64,000 nt of DNA from Candidatus Moanibacter sp. (GTDB lineage Bacteria; Verrucomicrobiota; Verrucomicrobiia; Opitutales; UBA2987). The first letter of the stretch is position 1. The number at the start of each line of letters is the position of its first letter. This document shows positions 30,276-41,258 of the stretch, piece after piece. A program made the position numbers and the translations under genes. The stretch covers positions 128,001-192,000 of the forward strand of contig CBDCEW010000105.1 of NCBI GenBank assembly GCA_965215885.1, in the 5' to 3' direction. The notes below the pieces were generated by a model. The model was not told the origin of the DNA and searched no databases. It worked only from the letters and a program-made list of their open reading frames with translations.

Positions 30276-31282
30276 TTCTGTGTCTCCGATTCGGGTAATT
30301 TTCTTCCTGTCAACAGCGATCTGGGATTTCGCTCAATATACTCAACCAGCAATCGGATGGCTTCAGCGGCCTCCTTCAGCTCTCCGAGAGCAGTTTCCAT
30401 TTCGTACCGAAAGGAAGACTCCGAGGAAAGGATAAACTCAATCTGCTCCGTCGCATCAGCCACTTGGCGCAAAGTGGTCTGCAATTCTTCGTTCGTTGCT
30501 TCAGCTTCAGCCAATACCGGGTCTACTTTGCTGGTAATCTTCGCGGCGAGCTTTCGATACTCCTCCAGGGTGTCGTCAAACGTGTCGATTGCCTTCTGAA
30601 TCTTTTCCGAGCGCATCAATTCCGTAGCCGAATCGGTTGCCCGAATAATACTCGCGTTTATTCCCGCAAAATCGACTTCTTCGAGACCCTCCCTGGCACT
30701 GCTCAAAACTCCGATTAATTCGTCATTGATCCCTTGAATATCCAGTGACCCAAGGCGAAAGAGGACTTCCTCCACGGTTTGCCCAAGTGCTGCTGTCAAA
30801 GAGGGCCGGGTGGGAAATTCTTTGTAGATGACCTTTTCCTGAATGAACGCTGGGCGGCCCGCGTCCCCTTCGATATCGATTTCGATATATTTGAGGCCGG
30901 TTATGAGACTTTCCGTGACAAGTTGTGCACGGTACCCGAGATTGACGATTTGAATGAATGTCTCCTCATCGCGGATATCCACATCGACTCCCAGGGAACT
31001 GTTCAAAAGCGTTAGATCCAGCTCAATAACGACCGGAATATGATCCGTTTCTTCGCCCTGATTGTAACGAATGAATATACTGACAACCTTCCCTATGGGC
31101 ACTCCCCGAAACTTCACCGGTGAACCGATGTCAAGGCCACTCACCGGTTCATCGAAATAAACGATGAAGTCTTCTGTTTCTCCAAAATTGAAAGAGCCGA
31201 AAAACACCACAGTCGCGATTCCCAGAACAATGGCGCCGAGAACAAAAACTCCTATAATTGTCGTGCTGGCTTGCTTGCTCAT
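30272..31282 (-). CDS. MlaD/PqiB-type MCE domain protein
   Basis: GLDIGSPVKFRGVPIGKV and C-terminal ERNPRSLL. Confidence 0.9.
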   Translation of the reverse strand: MSKQASTTIIGVFVLGAIVLGIATVVFFGSFNFGETEDFIVYFDEPVSGLDIGSPVKFRGVPIGKVVSIFIRYNQGEETDHIPVVIELDLTLLNSSLGVDVDIRDEETFIQIVNLGYRAQLVTESLITGLKYIEIDIEGDAGRPAFIQEKVIYKEFPTRPSLTAALGQTVEEVLFRLGSLDIQGINDELIGVLSSAREGLEEVDFAGINASIIRATDSATELMRSEKIQKAIDTFDDTLEEYRKLAAKITSKVDPVLAEAEATNEELQTTLRQVADATEQIEFILSSESSFRYEMETALGELKEAAEAIRLLVEYIERNPRSLLTGRKLPESETQK

Positions 31283-31287
31283 CCTAT

Positions 31288-32043
31288 TCACTCCCCTCCG
31301 CGGGTGAGGAATTCGTAGACATTCCTGTTGGGCGGTGATTCAAGCATTTCGTTAGGATTGCCCAGGGCGGTCATTGTCTTTTCCTCCACGTCGAGAAAGA
31401 TGGCATTATCGGAGATTGCAAAGATACTTTGCAACTCATGGGTAACCACGACCACGGTGGTGCCGAGACTGTCACGCAGTTGCAAGATAAGATCGTCGAG
31501 ACGCCGCGAGCTAATCGGATCAAGCCCGGCGGAAGGCTCATCGAAAAAGAGAATTTCCGGATCCAACGCCATTGCCCTGGCCAGACCGGCGCGCTTGCGC
31601 ATACCCCCGCTGATCTCGGAGGGATAAAACTCCTCAAATCCCTTCAGACCCACCAAAGAGAGTTTATAGCTGACCAGATCAGCGATCTCTTTCGTGGATA
31701 GTTCGGTGTATTCTTCAAGGGGAAGTGCCACATTTTCCGCCAGCGTCATCGAACTCCATAGTGCTCCCCCTTGGTAGAGAACACCGAATTTACGCACCTG
31801 CGCGAGATTCTCCTGGTAAGACGCATCCACAAAACTCTTTCCATCATAAAGAATATCACCCCCGGCAGGTTCCATTAAACCAATAAGATGCTTCAGAAGC
31901 GTGCTTTTGCCGCAACCGCTCCCCCCCATTATGATCATCACTTCACCCCGTTTGACTTTGAAATTGAGATCGTGCATCACCACAAACGATCCATACGCCA
32001 TATCCAAATGGCTGATCTCGATGTGAATTGAACCGTTGTTCAT
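31288..32043 (-). CDS. mlaF: MlaF-type ABC transporter ATP-binding protein
   Basis: GGSGCGKS, ISGGMRKR and FDEPSAGLDP motifs. Confidence 0.9.
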   Translation of the reverse strand: MNNGSIHIEISHLDMAYGSFVVMHDLNFKVKRGEVMIIMGGSGCGKSTLLKHLIGLMEPAGGDILYDGKSFVDASYQENLAQVRKFGVLYQGGALWSSMTLAENVALPLEEYTELSTKEIADLVSYKLSLVGLKGFEEFYPSEISGGMRKRAGLARAMALDPEILFFDEPSAGLDPISSRRLDDLILQLRDSLGTTVVVVTHELQSIFAISDNAIFLDVEEKTMTALGNPNEMLESPPNRNVYEFLTRGGE

Positions 32044-32047
32044 GACC

Positions 32048-33187
32048 TCAAACCCCATAAATGGCTGCAATCCAATCAATGAGCGCATTGAAAAATATAA
32101 TCAAGGTAATCCCTGTCACCACTGCCGAAGTCGTAGCCAGACCCACGGCATCGGCGCTATTCCCCGATTGCATTCCCCGCAGGCAACCCGACACTGCTAC
32201 GAGGACCCCAAACACGACGCCCTTGATGATCCCCAGATATATATCGGGTAGTGCAACCGCAACTTTCATTCCGTTGAGAAAGATGGGAAACGGGATATCC
32301 AGCAAGGAATTAGAAATGAGCATACCGCTGAATATCCCAATGACATCGGCATAGATAACCAGCAGCGGCATCATGAATAAGAGCGCCATCATACGCGGCA
32401 AGACAATAAAATCGATGGGAGATATACCCAGGGTCTTCAAGGCATCGATCTCCTCAGAGACCTTCATGCTCCCGATCTCGGCGGCAAATGCCGCACCCGT
32501 CCGTCCCGCAATGATGATTCCAGTCATAAGTGGGCCCAACTCTCTCAATACTCCGTAAGCGACGAGATACGAGACGTAGAGGTCCGCCCCAAATCGACTC
32601 AAAACAACTGCTCCCAGGAAAGCGACGATCAACCCGATCAAAAAACTGATCAAGGTTACAATAGGGAGCGCATTCGCTCCAACTTCCTGGAGGAGTAGGA
32701 AAAAGTCTCTCCAACGGAACGAAACCCGTCGGCTCAACAGCTTGAGCACGCTGATTGAGCATTCCCCTGAAAAGGTCACGATCCCTGAGCCCTCCTCGTA
32801 GAAGCGAATGCCCCAATCTCCCGCTCGCTGTAAAATGCTCCGTGACTGTTCTTCACGGCGAGCTTCCTCCTTCTCGGGAACTGCCTGAGAGAGAGCGAGT
32901 AAGTTCTGGATGTCGTCAGGTAAACTGCCCTTTACAAATTCAATCTTATGGATACGGCAGTAGTTGAATACCCGCACCAGGAATGTCATCAACAATGAAT
33001 CCCATTGTCCCAGCGATTCTGTATTAAAGGATAATCGTTTTATCTCCTCTTCGCTATCCTTCGGATTCGGCAACACGAGCAGATCGGGCACGCCGCATCC
33101 AATCTTCCAGGGCCCGGATAACACGAGTTTCAAGACCCCTTCTGCAAATTCCAATTCGATATGGGCTTCTTGCGCCTCAGACTCCAT
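32048..33187 (-). CDS. mlaE: MlaE-type ABC permease with N-terminal STAS-like domain
   Basis: RELGPLMT…AGRTGAAFAAEIGSMKVSEEIDA. Confidence 0.9.
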   Translation of the reverse strand: MESEAQEAHIELEFAEGVLKLVLSGPWKIGCGVPDLLVLPNPKDSEEEIKRLSFNTESLGQWDSLLMTFLVRVFNYCRIHKIEFVKGSLPDDIQNLLALSQAVPEKEEARREEQSRSILQRAGDWGIRFYEEGSGIVTFSGECSISVLKLLSRRVSFRWRDFFLLLQEVGANALPIVTLISFLIGLIVAFLGAVVLSRFGADLYVSYLVAYGVLRELGPLMTGIIIAGRTGAAFAAEIGSMKVSEEIDALKTLGISPIDFIVLPRMMALLFMMPLLVIYADVIGIFSGMLISNSLLDIPFPIFLNGMKVAVALPDIYLGIIKGVVFGVLVAVSGCLRGMQSGNSADAVGLATTSAVVTGITLIIFFNALIDWIAAIYGV

Positions 33188-33473
33188 AGGACCTGTCCGT
33201 TGTTTCAGTTTCGCCAATTCGAAAGGTCATTCGAGTGAGAAGAGATTGTCAAAATGATTTGAGACAAACAAGTAGTTCGTACCCCTTTCGCCCTTTTCGC
33301 GTCTTTCGTGGGCAATCCTGCATTTTGTCCTCAATCCCTTTGACTCACCCTTCTCATGTCTTTGAAATTTGCGCAATCCATCGTGAAGAATCCGCCCAAG
33401 GTGTTCATCTCAACAGACTCCATTCAACCCAATACATAAAACCGAAATCCATTCTCAATCCTTCACTCGCCAG

Positions 33474-35687
33474 ATGTCACTTCTCAAGAAATCGCAAATC
33501 GCTGATGCGAAACTGAGCGGCGTATTGGAGCGAATCATCTTTTTGAATGAAGAGAATCAATACTGCGTCGGAGAATTTCGTGAAAGCGGCGAGCGCGATT
33601 CGATCGTAATAAGCGGCGTTCTACCCGGCGTTCAGTGTGGCGAGACCCTCGAATTGGAGGGAGATTGGGTCATCCATCCACGCCACGGAGATCAATTCAA
33701 GATTCGCGCCTATACTTCAAAACTCCCCTCTTCCGTCTATGGGATTCGGAAGTATCTGGGTAGCGGTCTCGTCCCGGGTATAGGCAAAGTCTTCGCCAAC
33801 AAGATCGTCGATCATTTCGGCACGGAAACATTGAGGGTCATATCAGAGGAATCGGTCCGTCTACGCGATGTTCCCGGCATAGGCGCGCATCGCGCCAAAG
33901 CCATAAAAGAGGCCTGGGAATCGCAACAGTCGGTCCGCGACGTCATGATGTTTCTCCAGACCTACGGAGTCTCCGTGGCGCAGTGCCTGCGCCTCGTCAA
34001 GAAGTACGGAAGCGCCGCTAAACTGATTATCCAACGCCAACCCTACACTATCGCGAGGGAGATCGACGGCATCGGCTTTAAGACCGCCGATCGGATAGCG
34101 ATAAATATCGGTTTCGCCAACGACAGCCCACAGCGTATTGAAGCAGGAATACTCTACGCTCTGCAGACCCTCGAGGATAACGGTCACACGGGATATCCTC
34201 TCCCTGAATTTCAAAGCTTTGCCTCCGAGTTGCTGGAAGCAGATTCGAACCTGATCGCAAAGCACCTCGATATTCTTATCAATGCCGGTTCCATTCGAAT
34301 TCCCTCGGGAGGAGATATTCTTCAACTACCCGCTACGGAAGAAGCGGAACGGAAAGTCGCCCACAGTGTATCGCAGATCCTCAGTCACGCTTCCAGACAG
34401 CCGCCCATTAAGATTGAAGCCGCTATCGAGTGGGCTCAGAAGAGGGCCGGCTTCGGATTCGGGCCCGACCAGGTAAACGCGATTCGGTCCGCCCTCACCG
34501 AGAAGATCTCCATTATTACGGGAGGGCCCGGAACGGGCAAGACGACTATTCTTCGCGCCGTTCTCGATATTCTGCGTGCCAAAAGAGTTAGGGTCCTGAT
34601 GGCTTCGCCCACCGGTCGCGCCGCTCAGCGCATGGCCGAGGCAACCGGGGGTTTCGCCCAGACGATTCATCGTCTCCTCAAGTACGATCCTTTTCAGGGG
34701 CAATTTACCGTCAATGAGGATTCCCCTCTCAAAGTCGATACACTAATCGTCGATGAAGCCAGCATGCTGGACAACCGTCTTGCTTCAGTCCTCCTTCGGG
34801 CCATCCCGGCGGCGGCCCATCTCATTCTCGTGGGTGATGTCGACCAGCTTCCCTCCGTAGGAGCTGGGAATGTCCTGCGGGATCTGATTTCCAGTGCGCG
34901 CGTCAAAGTCACACGTCTCGAGAAGATATTCAGGCAGGAAGAACAGAGTTCCATCGTTCGGGTGGCACACGAAATACTCCACGGAAATCCATCGCCTCCA
35001 TATCCGAAAAATTCCCTCAACGGAGAGGACGCGAAATACGACTTCCAATTTCTGAAGACCACCTCACCCGAGCAGTGTCTCGATTTGATCAAGAGCATCT
35101 GCCGGGATTTCATACCCGCATACACGGATTTTAATCCCGTCAGGGATGTTGAAATCCTCGCCCCTATTCACAAGGGAATCGCCGGCATCACCAACCTGAA
35201 TCGGGAACTTCAGGCCACTCTGAATACCAGCAAAAGGGGCTTATCGGTTGGTTCGTCGAGCTACCGGGTGGGGGATAAGATTATTCAAACGCGCAACAAT
35301 TACGAGAAGAATATCTTTAACGGCGACCTTGGAATCGTTTCCACCATCAATCCCGAATCCTCTTCACTCGCCGCTGAGTTCGATGGCGAGATTATCGAAT
35401 TTGACCGCCTCGATATCGCGGATCTGAAACTCGCCTACGCCATAAGCGTCCACAAATCCCAAGGGAGTGAATTCCCCGTCGTTGTTCTGCCCTTGCTCAA
35501 ACAGCACTATATGATGCTTCAACGCAATTTGCTCTACACAGCGATCTCCCGAGGAAAGAAAAAGGTCTTCATCGTAGGAGATCCCACTGCCTACGCCATG
35601 GCCGTAAGAAACAAGAAATCGGTCGCCCGCCACACCGATCTCAAACGCAAAATCCAGGCCCTCCTCCCGCCGGGCCGGACCGCCTAG
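33474..35687 (+). CDS. recD2: ATP-dependent RecD-like helicase (RecD2)
   Basis: HhH N-terminus, GGPGTGKT, DEASM, GDVDQL and HKSQGSEF motifs. Confidence 0.93.
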   Translation: MSLLKKSQIADAKLSGVLERIIFLNEENQYCVGEFRESGERDSIVISGVLPGVQCGETLELEGDWVIHPRHGDQFKIRAYTSKLPSSVYGIRKYLGSGLVPGIGKVFANKIVDHFGTETLRVISEESVRLRDVPGIGAHRAKAIKEAWESQQSVRDVMMFLQTYGVSVAQCLRLVKKYGSAAKLIIQRQPYTIAREIDGIGFKTADRIAINIGFANDSPQRIEAGILYALQTLEDNGHTGYPLPEFQSFASELLEADSNLIAKHLDILINAGSIRIPSGGDILQLPATEEAERKVAHSVSQILSHASRQPPIKIEAAIEWAQKRAGFGFGPDQVNAIRSALTEKISIITGGPGTGKTTILRAVLDILRAKRVRVLMASPTGRAAQRMAEATGGFAQTIHRLLKYDPFQGQFTVNEDSPLKVDTLIVDEASMLDNRLASVLLRAIPAAAHLILVGDVDQLPSVGAGNVLRDLISSARVKVTRLEKIFRQEEQSSIVRVAHEILHGNPSPPYPKNSLNGEDAKYDFQFLKTTSPEQCLDLIKSICRDFIPAYTDFNPVRDVEILAPIHKGIAGITNLNRELQATLNTSKRGLSVGSSSYRVGDKIIQTRNNYEKNIFNGDLGIVSTINPESSSLAAEFDGEIIEFDRLDIADLKLAYAISVHKSQGSEFPVVVLPLLKQHYMMLQRNLLYTAISRGKKKVFIVGDPTAYAMAVRNKKSVARHTDLKRKIQALLPPGRTA

Positions 35688-35865
35688 CCCGGACATTTCA
35701 CACACTTCGTAGTGAGACTGCGTAGTTTGCTGCGTATCAGTGCCTTTCCGCAGCACGGCGGGCGACAGCGTGTTGGAACCCTCTGAGGTCGCCGGACAAG
35801 GGAAGGCTTTGAGACGCAGTGACATCCGCGGTCGTAGCAGAAGATTTGTGAAATTTTCGGGCTAG
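35684..35865 (+). mobile_element. MITE family A, copy 2 (182 bp)
   Basis: Same terminal IRs and body; left CTAG overlaps the recD2 TAG. Confidence 0.85.
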
Positions 35866-35944
35866 CCGTGAAAGTAACCTGTCTCGGCGCATACCCACTC
35901 TACCGAACATTCCGAATTATAAGAAAGTCGTGTCCGATAGATTC

Positions 35945-37246
35945 CTAACCCAAAATGGCACCTGCCACACTTGCGTTGATGAGGGTGGCAATGGTTCCTC
36001 CGGCAAGGGCGCGCAGGACGAGGCCGGCGAAATTATGGCGTTGGCCGGGCGCGAGGGTGGAGAGGCCGCCTATCACGATACCGCAGGAGGTGAAATGGGC
36101 GAAGCCACAAAGGGCAAAGGTTGATATAACAATCGCTTTCGGGTCGGTCAGGACACCCGTCTCGATCATGTCTCCGAGAGAGAGGTAGGCGATAAATTCA
36201 GTGATGATGATTCTCTCGCCGAGAAGACGCCCCACCAGCAGGACACTCTCACTGTCGACCCCTATCACCCATGCCACCGGGGCAAAGATCGCTCCCGCCA
36301 TAAACTGCAAGGTCAAGCCGTCAAAATTTCCGCTCGTGGCAGACACGAACATCTCATTGACGTGCAAAAATTCTCCGATCCACTCCCTGGTGATGTAATT
36401 GCAGAGATGGATCAGAGAGATAAATACAATGAGCAAGGCGATAACTGTAACAGCCAGTTTCAGTCCCTGGTAGGTACCTGCGGCAATAGCGTCGAATATA
36501 TTGATGCCGATCGATTCTTTGGACACTTCCAGATTCTGATTCACTTCTTCGGTCTCAGGGTAGAGGAGTTTCGACACCACGAGGGCGATGGGCACCGCCA
36601 TAATGGATGCCGTTATGAGGTGCGTTCCCGCCGCCACTGTCTTTACCGGATCCCCTCCCCCAACTACGCTCATATAAAGTCCGAGGATGGTGCCCGACAT
36701 GGTCGCCATACCGACTGTCATCAGGCACATAATTTCCGACCGGGTCATGCGCTCAATGTAGGGACGCACGACCAGCGGCGCCTCCGTGTACCCGATGAAG
36801 ACATTGGCGGCCGCGGACAACGTTTCCGCGCCGGATAACTTCATCGTCCTCTGCATCAGCCAGGCGAAGGCGTAGACGATCTTCTGCAGGATTCCGAGAT
36901 AGTAGAGGACGGAAGTGAGCACCGCGAAAAACATAATCGAGGGTAAAATCTTGAACCCAAGCTGTGCTTCGTGGATGGGGTCGGTGGCCAGTTTTCCGAA
37001 GAGAAAATTCGTACCCACCGTGGCGAATCCGATAATTTCTCCAAAAAACTCCGCCACCGCCTCCACTACCTTGTTCACAAAGCGCACTTTGAGCATCAAG
37101 AAGGCCAGGATCAGTTGGAGACCAAGTCCCGATCTGACCAGGCGCCAGTTCACCGATTTGCGGTCTGCGCTGAAATACCAGCAAACCGATAAAAGCGCGC
37201 AGACCCCAAAAATCCCGCGGGCAATCGTTATTGCTTTTTCCGGCAC
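35945..37246 (-). CDS. NupC/CNT family nucleoside transporter, divergent paralog
   Basis: LSGAETLSAAANVFIGYTEAPL and ALCGFAHFTS. Confidence 0.88.
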   Translation of the reverse strand: MPEKAITIARGIFGVCALLSVCWYFSADRKSVNWRLVRSGLGLQLILAFLMLKVRFVNKVVEAVAEFFGEIIGFATVGTNFLFGKLATDPIHEAQLGFKILPSIMFFAVLTSVLYYLGILQKIVYAFAWLMQRTMKLSGAETLSAAANVFIGYTEAPLVVRPYIERMTRSEIMCLMTVGMATMSGTILGLYMSVVGGGDPVKTVAAGTHLITASIMAVPIALVVSKLLYPETEEVNQNLEVSKESIGINIFDAIAAGTYQGLKLAVTVIALLIVFISLIHLCNYITREWIGEFLHVNEMFVSATSGNFDGLTLQFMAGAIFAPVAWVIGVDSESVLLVGRLLGERIIITEFIAYLSLGDMIETGVLTDPKAIVISTFALCGFAHFTSCGIVIGGLSTLAPGQRHNFAGLVLRALAGGTIATLINASVAGAILG

Positions 37247-37265
37247 GATCTAACCCGCTGTTCCA

Positions 37266-38567
37266 TTAGAACGAAATGAAGATCCCGGCAATGGTACCGA
37301 TCATAAGGCTGGCGCAGGTCCCGCCAATCATGGCGCGAAAGGCCAGCGCGGCGAGGTTCCCTCTCTGTCCCGGCGCCAAAACCGAAATCCCTGCAATCTG
37401 AATCCCCATGCTGCTGAAATTGGCGAAGCCGCAAAGGGCGAAGGTCGTGATGACAAACGATTTTTCGTTTACCAGATGGCCGGCATCAATGAGAGTCCTC
37501 ATTTCCTGAAAAGCGACGAACTCATTCAAGACCATCTTCTGCCCCAGCAACTGCCCAACCACGAGCAGGTTTTCCATGTCGATCCCGATGAGGAATGCGA
37601 TTGGGGCAAAGAAAACGCCGAAAATAAACTGAAGCGTCAGCCCATCGTAGACTCCACCGGTCATGGCCTCTATTCCGGCGTTTATATTCGTCCAGGACCC
37701 GATCCAATTCACCGTCACATGATTAATCAGGGCCATGAGGGCGAGAAACACCATTACAATAGCGCCAACATTCACGGCCAGGCGCACTCCCTGGGTGGTA
37801 CCGCTAGCGACCGCATCGAAAACATTGACCCCGATCGACTCCCTGGCAACTTTCAGGTCCGGATCGGTTTCCTCTCTCTCGGGAAAGAGCATCTTGGCGC
37901 AGATAATCGCGCCGGGCGCCGCCATAATGGAGGCGGAAATAAGGTGGGTTCCGATTGCAATCTGCTTCTCCACATCCTCCCCACCCAGAATATCCATGTA
38001 GGCAACGAGAACAGCGCCCGCAATCGTCGCCATACCGCCGGTCATCAGGCAGACGATTTCGGATTTCGTCATGCGTTCGAGATAGGGGCGAATGACGAGG
38101 GGCGCTTCCGTCTGCCCGATAAAGACGTTAGCCGCGGCCGCCAGACTCTCCGCTCCGGAGAGGCGCATCGTTTTGTGCATGACCCACGCAAATCCGAACA
38201 CCACCTTCTGTAGGATCCCCAGGTAATACAACAGCGAGCTGAGAGCGGAGAAAAATACGATGGAGGGGAGCACTCTGAAGGCAAACGTCGCACCGTAAGA
38301 CCTGTCCGTTGGCAGCTTGCCGAAGATAAAGGTTGAACCCTCTACGGAAAATTCGATCAGCCTTCGGAAAAACGTCGAAACCGCCCCGATAAGATCGTTG
38401 AATAAGGGCACCTTCATCACCAGAATGGCAATGAATACCTGTAGTGCGAACCCCGCTCCGACCAATCGCCAGTTGATGTGCTTTCTATCGACGCTGAACA
38501 AATACAGAAAAGCGTAAATCGCGGCCAAACCCAATACTCCGCGTATCAAATTCGTCAATACGTCCAT
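37266..38567 (-). CDS. nupC: NupC/CNT family nucleoside transporter
   Basis: ANVFIGQTEAPL, NEFVA and ALCGFANFSS. Confidence 0.9.
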   Translation of the reverse strand: MDVLTNLIRGVLGLAAIYAFLYLFSVDRKHINWRLVGAGFALQVFIAILVMKVPLFNDLIGAVSTFFRRLIEFSVEGSTFIFGKLPTDRSYGATFAFRVLPSIVFFSALSSLLYYLGILQKVVFGFAWVMHKTMRLSGAESLAAAANVFIGQTEAPLVIRPYLERMTKSEIVCLMTGGMATIAGAVLVAYMDILGGEDVEKQIAIGTHLISASIMAAPGAIICAKMLFPEREETDPDLKVARESIGVNVFDAVASGTTQGVRLAVNVGAIVMVFLALMALINHVTVNWIGSWTNINAGIEAMTGGVYDGLTLQFIFGVFFAPIAFLIGIDMENLLVVGQLLGQKMVLNEFVAFQEMRTLIDAGHLVNEKSFVITTFALCGFANFSSMGIQIAGISVLAPGQRGNLAALAFRAMIGGTCASLMIGTIAGIFISF

Positions 38568-38651
38568 CCTGGCGCAGAGACTGGAGGACTTTCAGAGGCT
38601 GCACAACCCATACTTTTAGCCTGGAAATTTCAAATGTTTTCCAGGCTAGAG

Positions 38652-39353
38652 TCACTCTCTAAATCTGCGCCAATAGATCTCGTCAAAGATTCTCCGCAAA
38701 GTAACCGGATCGTATTTCGCTTGTGTATAATGGCAAGGTAAGATGCCACCGGGATTTAACGCCATAACTTTGCGAAAGCTCTCAGGAATCAAGTGGGGCA
38801 CGCTGTTAAGGACGGGCGGCGGCGGAAAATCGCCATAAAACATGCTCGCAAAAAGGTCACCCGCGAACAGCAGGTCATGTTTTGCGCTGTAATATCCACA
38901 ATGCCCTTTTGTGTGCCCCGGAAGGTGTACGACTCGCAAACCGCCCCAGAGGGGAAGACTCTGTTCTTCTTCAATATAGATATCGATATCGGCTCTTTTG
39001 TATCGAATGAGAAACCGCCCGACCGATTCGAGCCATCCGCACACCCGATTGACCCCCTCATAGGGATAAGCCCCGTCCAAATGTGCCTGCTCGTCTATGT
39101 GCCCGTAGACGGTTGCACTTGTCAGCTCTTTGAAACGGTGTAGATTTCCCGCGTGATCGAGATGTCCGTGCGTGAGCAGGATAGCTTCCACCGAGTCCCT
39201 TGACAGGCCGAGCTTTTTCAGCTGACGGAAGACCAATCTCACTTCACCCAGCATTCCGGTATCGATCAATACGCAACTGTCGCCATCGACTAAAAGGTGC
39301 ACGTGGCCCAGAAATCCCGCTATGGAATAGAGACCTGGAGGATGTCGGCTCAT
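38652..39353 (-). CDS. MBL-fold metallo-hydrolase
   Basis: THGHLDH, PGHTKGH and AGD motifs. Confidence 0.88.
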   Translation of the reverse strand: MSRHPPGLYSIAGFLGHVHLLVDGDSCVLIDTGMLGEVRLVFRQLKKLGLSRDSVEAILLTHGHLDHAGNLHRFKELTSATVYGHIDEQAHLDGAYPYEGVNRVCGWLESVGRFLIRYKRADIDIYIEEEQSLPLWGGLRVVHLPGHTKGHCGYYSAKHDLLFAGDLFASMFYGDFPPPPVLNSVPHLIPESFRKVMALNPGGILPCHYTQAKYDPVTLRRIFDEIYWRRFRE

Positions 39354-39453
39354 GAGTGGCTGCTGATTCCCTTCTTCAATCTCGATTCGCTCGAAATCCT
39401 TCAAAGGAATCTTTATCCTTGAACGAAGGAAGAGGATTTCCGACAAATTCTCT

Positions 39454-39942
39454 TTGCCTGAAACTACTATACCTCAAACAGTAATACATCTGAAACAGCG
39501 ATTCAATACTCTCTTCTCTACTATTCTGATTCTCGCTTCTTTCTTGTTGAGCGCCTGCGAAACAACAAATCCGAAATCCGGCAGAGTGAGGGTTCCCATC
39601 GCTTCACCCGAATGGGAGATCGAGGAGGATATGCTCTCACACACCCCTTTGGGTTCGAATCCCGATTTTGTCCTCGAGTTTGTCAATAACCAGCTCGTTC
39701 ATTCTGAAGAGACTGATTCCGAATACGACGACATCTATGTTTATGTCGACGATGCCGACGGCGACCCCTACCCCGCTGAAATGAAATACAAGATTATCCA
39801 GGTGCACATGGGCCTGCACGGCTCCGCTCAGCAAAACTTCCTTCTCAAAAGCAACTGGGTCTATATTTCCTGGCTCTTTGAAAACGACTCTCTCGTTGAG
39901 ATTATCGTTACCAAGGTGATTCCCGATTCCCAGGAGGTCTGA
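39454..39942 (+). CDS. Hypothetical lipoprotein
   Basis: Lipobox LSAC after a hydrophobic stretch. Confidence 0.6.
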   Translation: MPETTIPQTVIHLKQRFNTLFSTILILASFLLSACETTNPKSGRVRVPIASPEWEIEEDMLSHTPLGSNPDFVLEFVNNQLVHSEETDSEYDDIYVYVDDADGDPYPAEMKYKIIQVHMGLHGSAQQNFLLKSNWVYISWLFENDSLVEIIVTKVIPDSQEV

Positions 39943-39991
39943 CCATCGACTACGATTGCAACTACGCGCTACGAACTGGCATCCATCACAA

Positions 39992-41185
39992 TTAACCCAT
40001 CGTTGCTGCACTGAATTCGGCCTCGTTCTCCAGCCCGGATATCTCGTGAATCTTCGGAGACAGGGGATAACGATATATTTTGCCTTCGTAGTTGCGCATA
40101 ACGATCTCTTCGTCGTTGATCTCTTCTACATACTCAGGGTTCACCGGAATCTTTCCTCCACCACCCGGCGCATCGATTACGTATTGTGGTATGGCAAATC
40201 CGCTGGTGTGTCCCCGCAAACCTTGAATGATTTCAATCCCGGTGCGCACATCGGTTCGAAAGTGGGCGCTTCCTGTTATGAGATCGCACTGATACAGATA
40301 ATAGGGCCGCACTCTCATCATCAGTAGTCTATGCACGAGCGATTTCATTATCTCCACATCATCGTTGACACCTTTCAGGAGCACCGACTGATTGCCCAAA
40401 GGAACCCCAGCAAAAGAGAGTCTTTCGCACGCCTCTTTCAATTCATGGGTGCACTCCTTAGGATGGTTTACATGTATACTCATCCATACGGGACCATGTC
40501 TTCGTAATATCTCGCACAAATCCCCTGTGATTCGCTGTGGCAGAAAGATGGGAACTCGCGTGCCAATCCGTATAAACTCGACATGGTCGATCTCGCGCAG
40601 GCGGCTGAGCAGGTAGTCGATCTTGTTGTCGGAGAATATGAGAGGGTCTCCCCCACTTAAAAGCACATCGCGCACCTCCTCGTGCTCCTCGATATATTTC
40701 AGCCCCGCTTCAAAATTCGGATGAAAATTATAGTCCTGCGCATTCGACACCAGCCGGCTCCTGGTACAGTAGCGACAATATGCCGCGCAACGATCGGTCA
40801 CTAGAAAAAGCACTCGATCCGGATATCGATGTACCAGGCCCTCAACCGGCATCGTCTTTTCCTCTCCTACCGGATCGAGCAATTCCTCCGGCGCGATCTG
40901 CATTTCCTCTCCCCGCGGCACCACCTGACGACGCATCGCACATTCCGGATTTTCGGGATCGATTAGATTAAGGAAATACGGAGTTATCGAGAGAACCAGC
41001 TTCTTGTTCGCAAACAGGCAACCCGCCTTTTCTTCAGGAGTGAGCGTCAGATATTCCTCCAACTCTTCCAGCCTCGTTATCCTGTTCTGCAACTGCCACC
41101 GCCAATTATTCCAATTTTCCTCAGGTATGTCGGACCAGTGGCCCCGCCCTCTATACCAATTCTCTATCGCGTCCCTCTTATACAT
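39992..41185 (-). CDS. KamA family radical SAM protein (lysine 2,3-aminomutase-like)
   Basis: HRYPDR, CAAYCRYC, SGGDPL and DAPGGGGKIP motifs. Confidence 0.92.
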   Translation of the reverse strand: MYKRDAIENWYRGRGHWSDIPEENWNNWRWQLQNRITRLEELEEYLTLTPEEKAGCLFANKKLVLSITPYFLNLIDPENPECAMRRQVVPRGEEMQIAPEELLDPVGEEKTMPVEGLVHRYPDRVLFLVTDRCAAYCRYCTRSRLVSNAQDYNFHPNFEAGLKYIEEHEEVRDVLLSGGDPLIFSDNKIDYLLSRLREIDHVEFIRIGTRVPIFLPQRITGDLCEILRRHGPVWMSIHVNHPKECTHELKEACERLSFAGVPLGNQSVLLKGVNDDVEIMKSLVHRLLMMRVRPYYLYQCDLITGSAHFRTDVRTGIEIIQGLRGHTSGFAIPQYVIDAPGGGGKIPVNPEYVEEINDEEIVMRNYEGKIYRYPLSPKIHEISGLENEAEFSAATMG

Positions 41186-41258
41186 CCTTTGAAAACTTTT
41201 CCTTAATTTGCATTGACGTATTTAAATTTGTCAATACATTTTAAAGGAGTTCCCAGCA

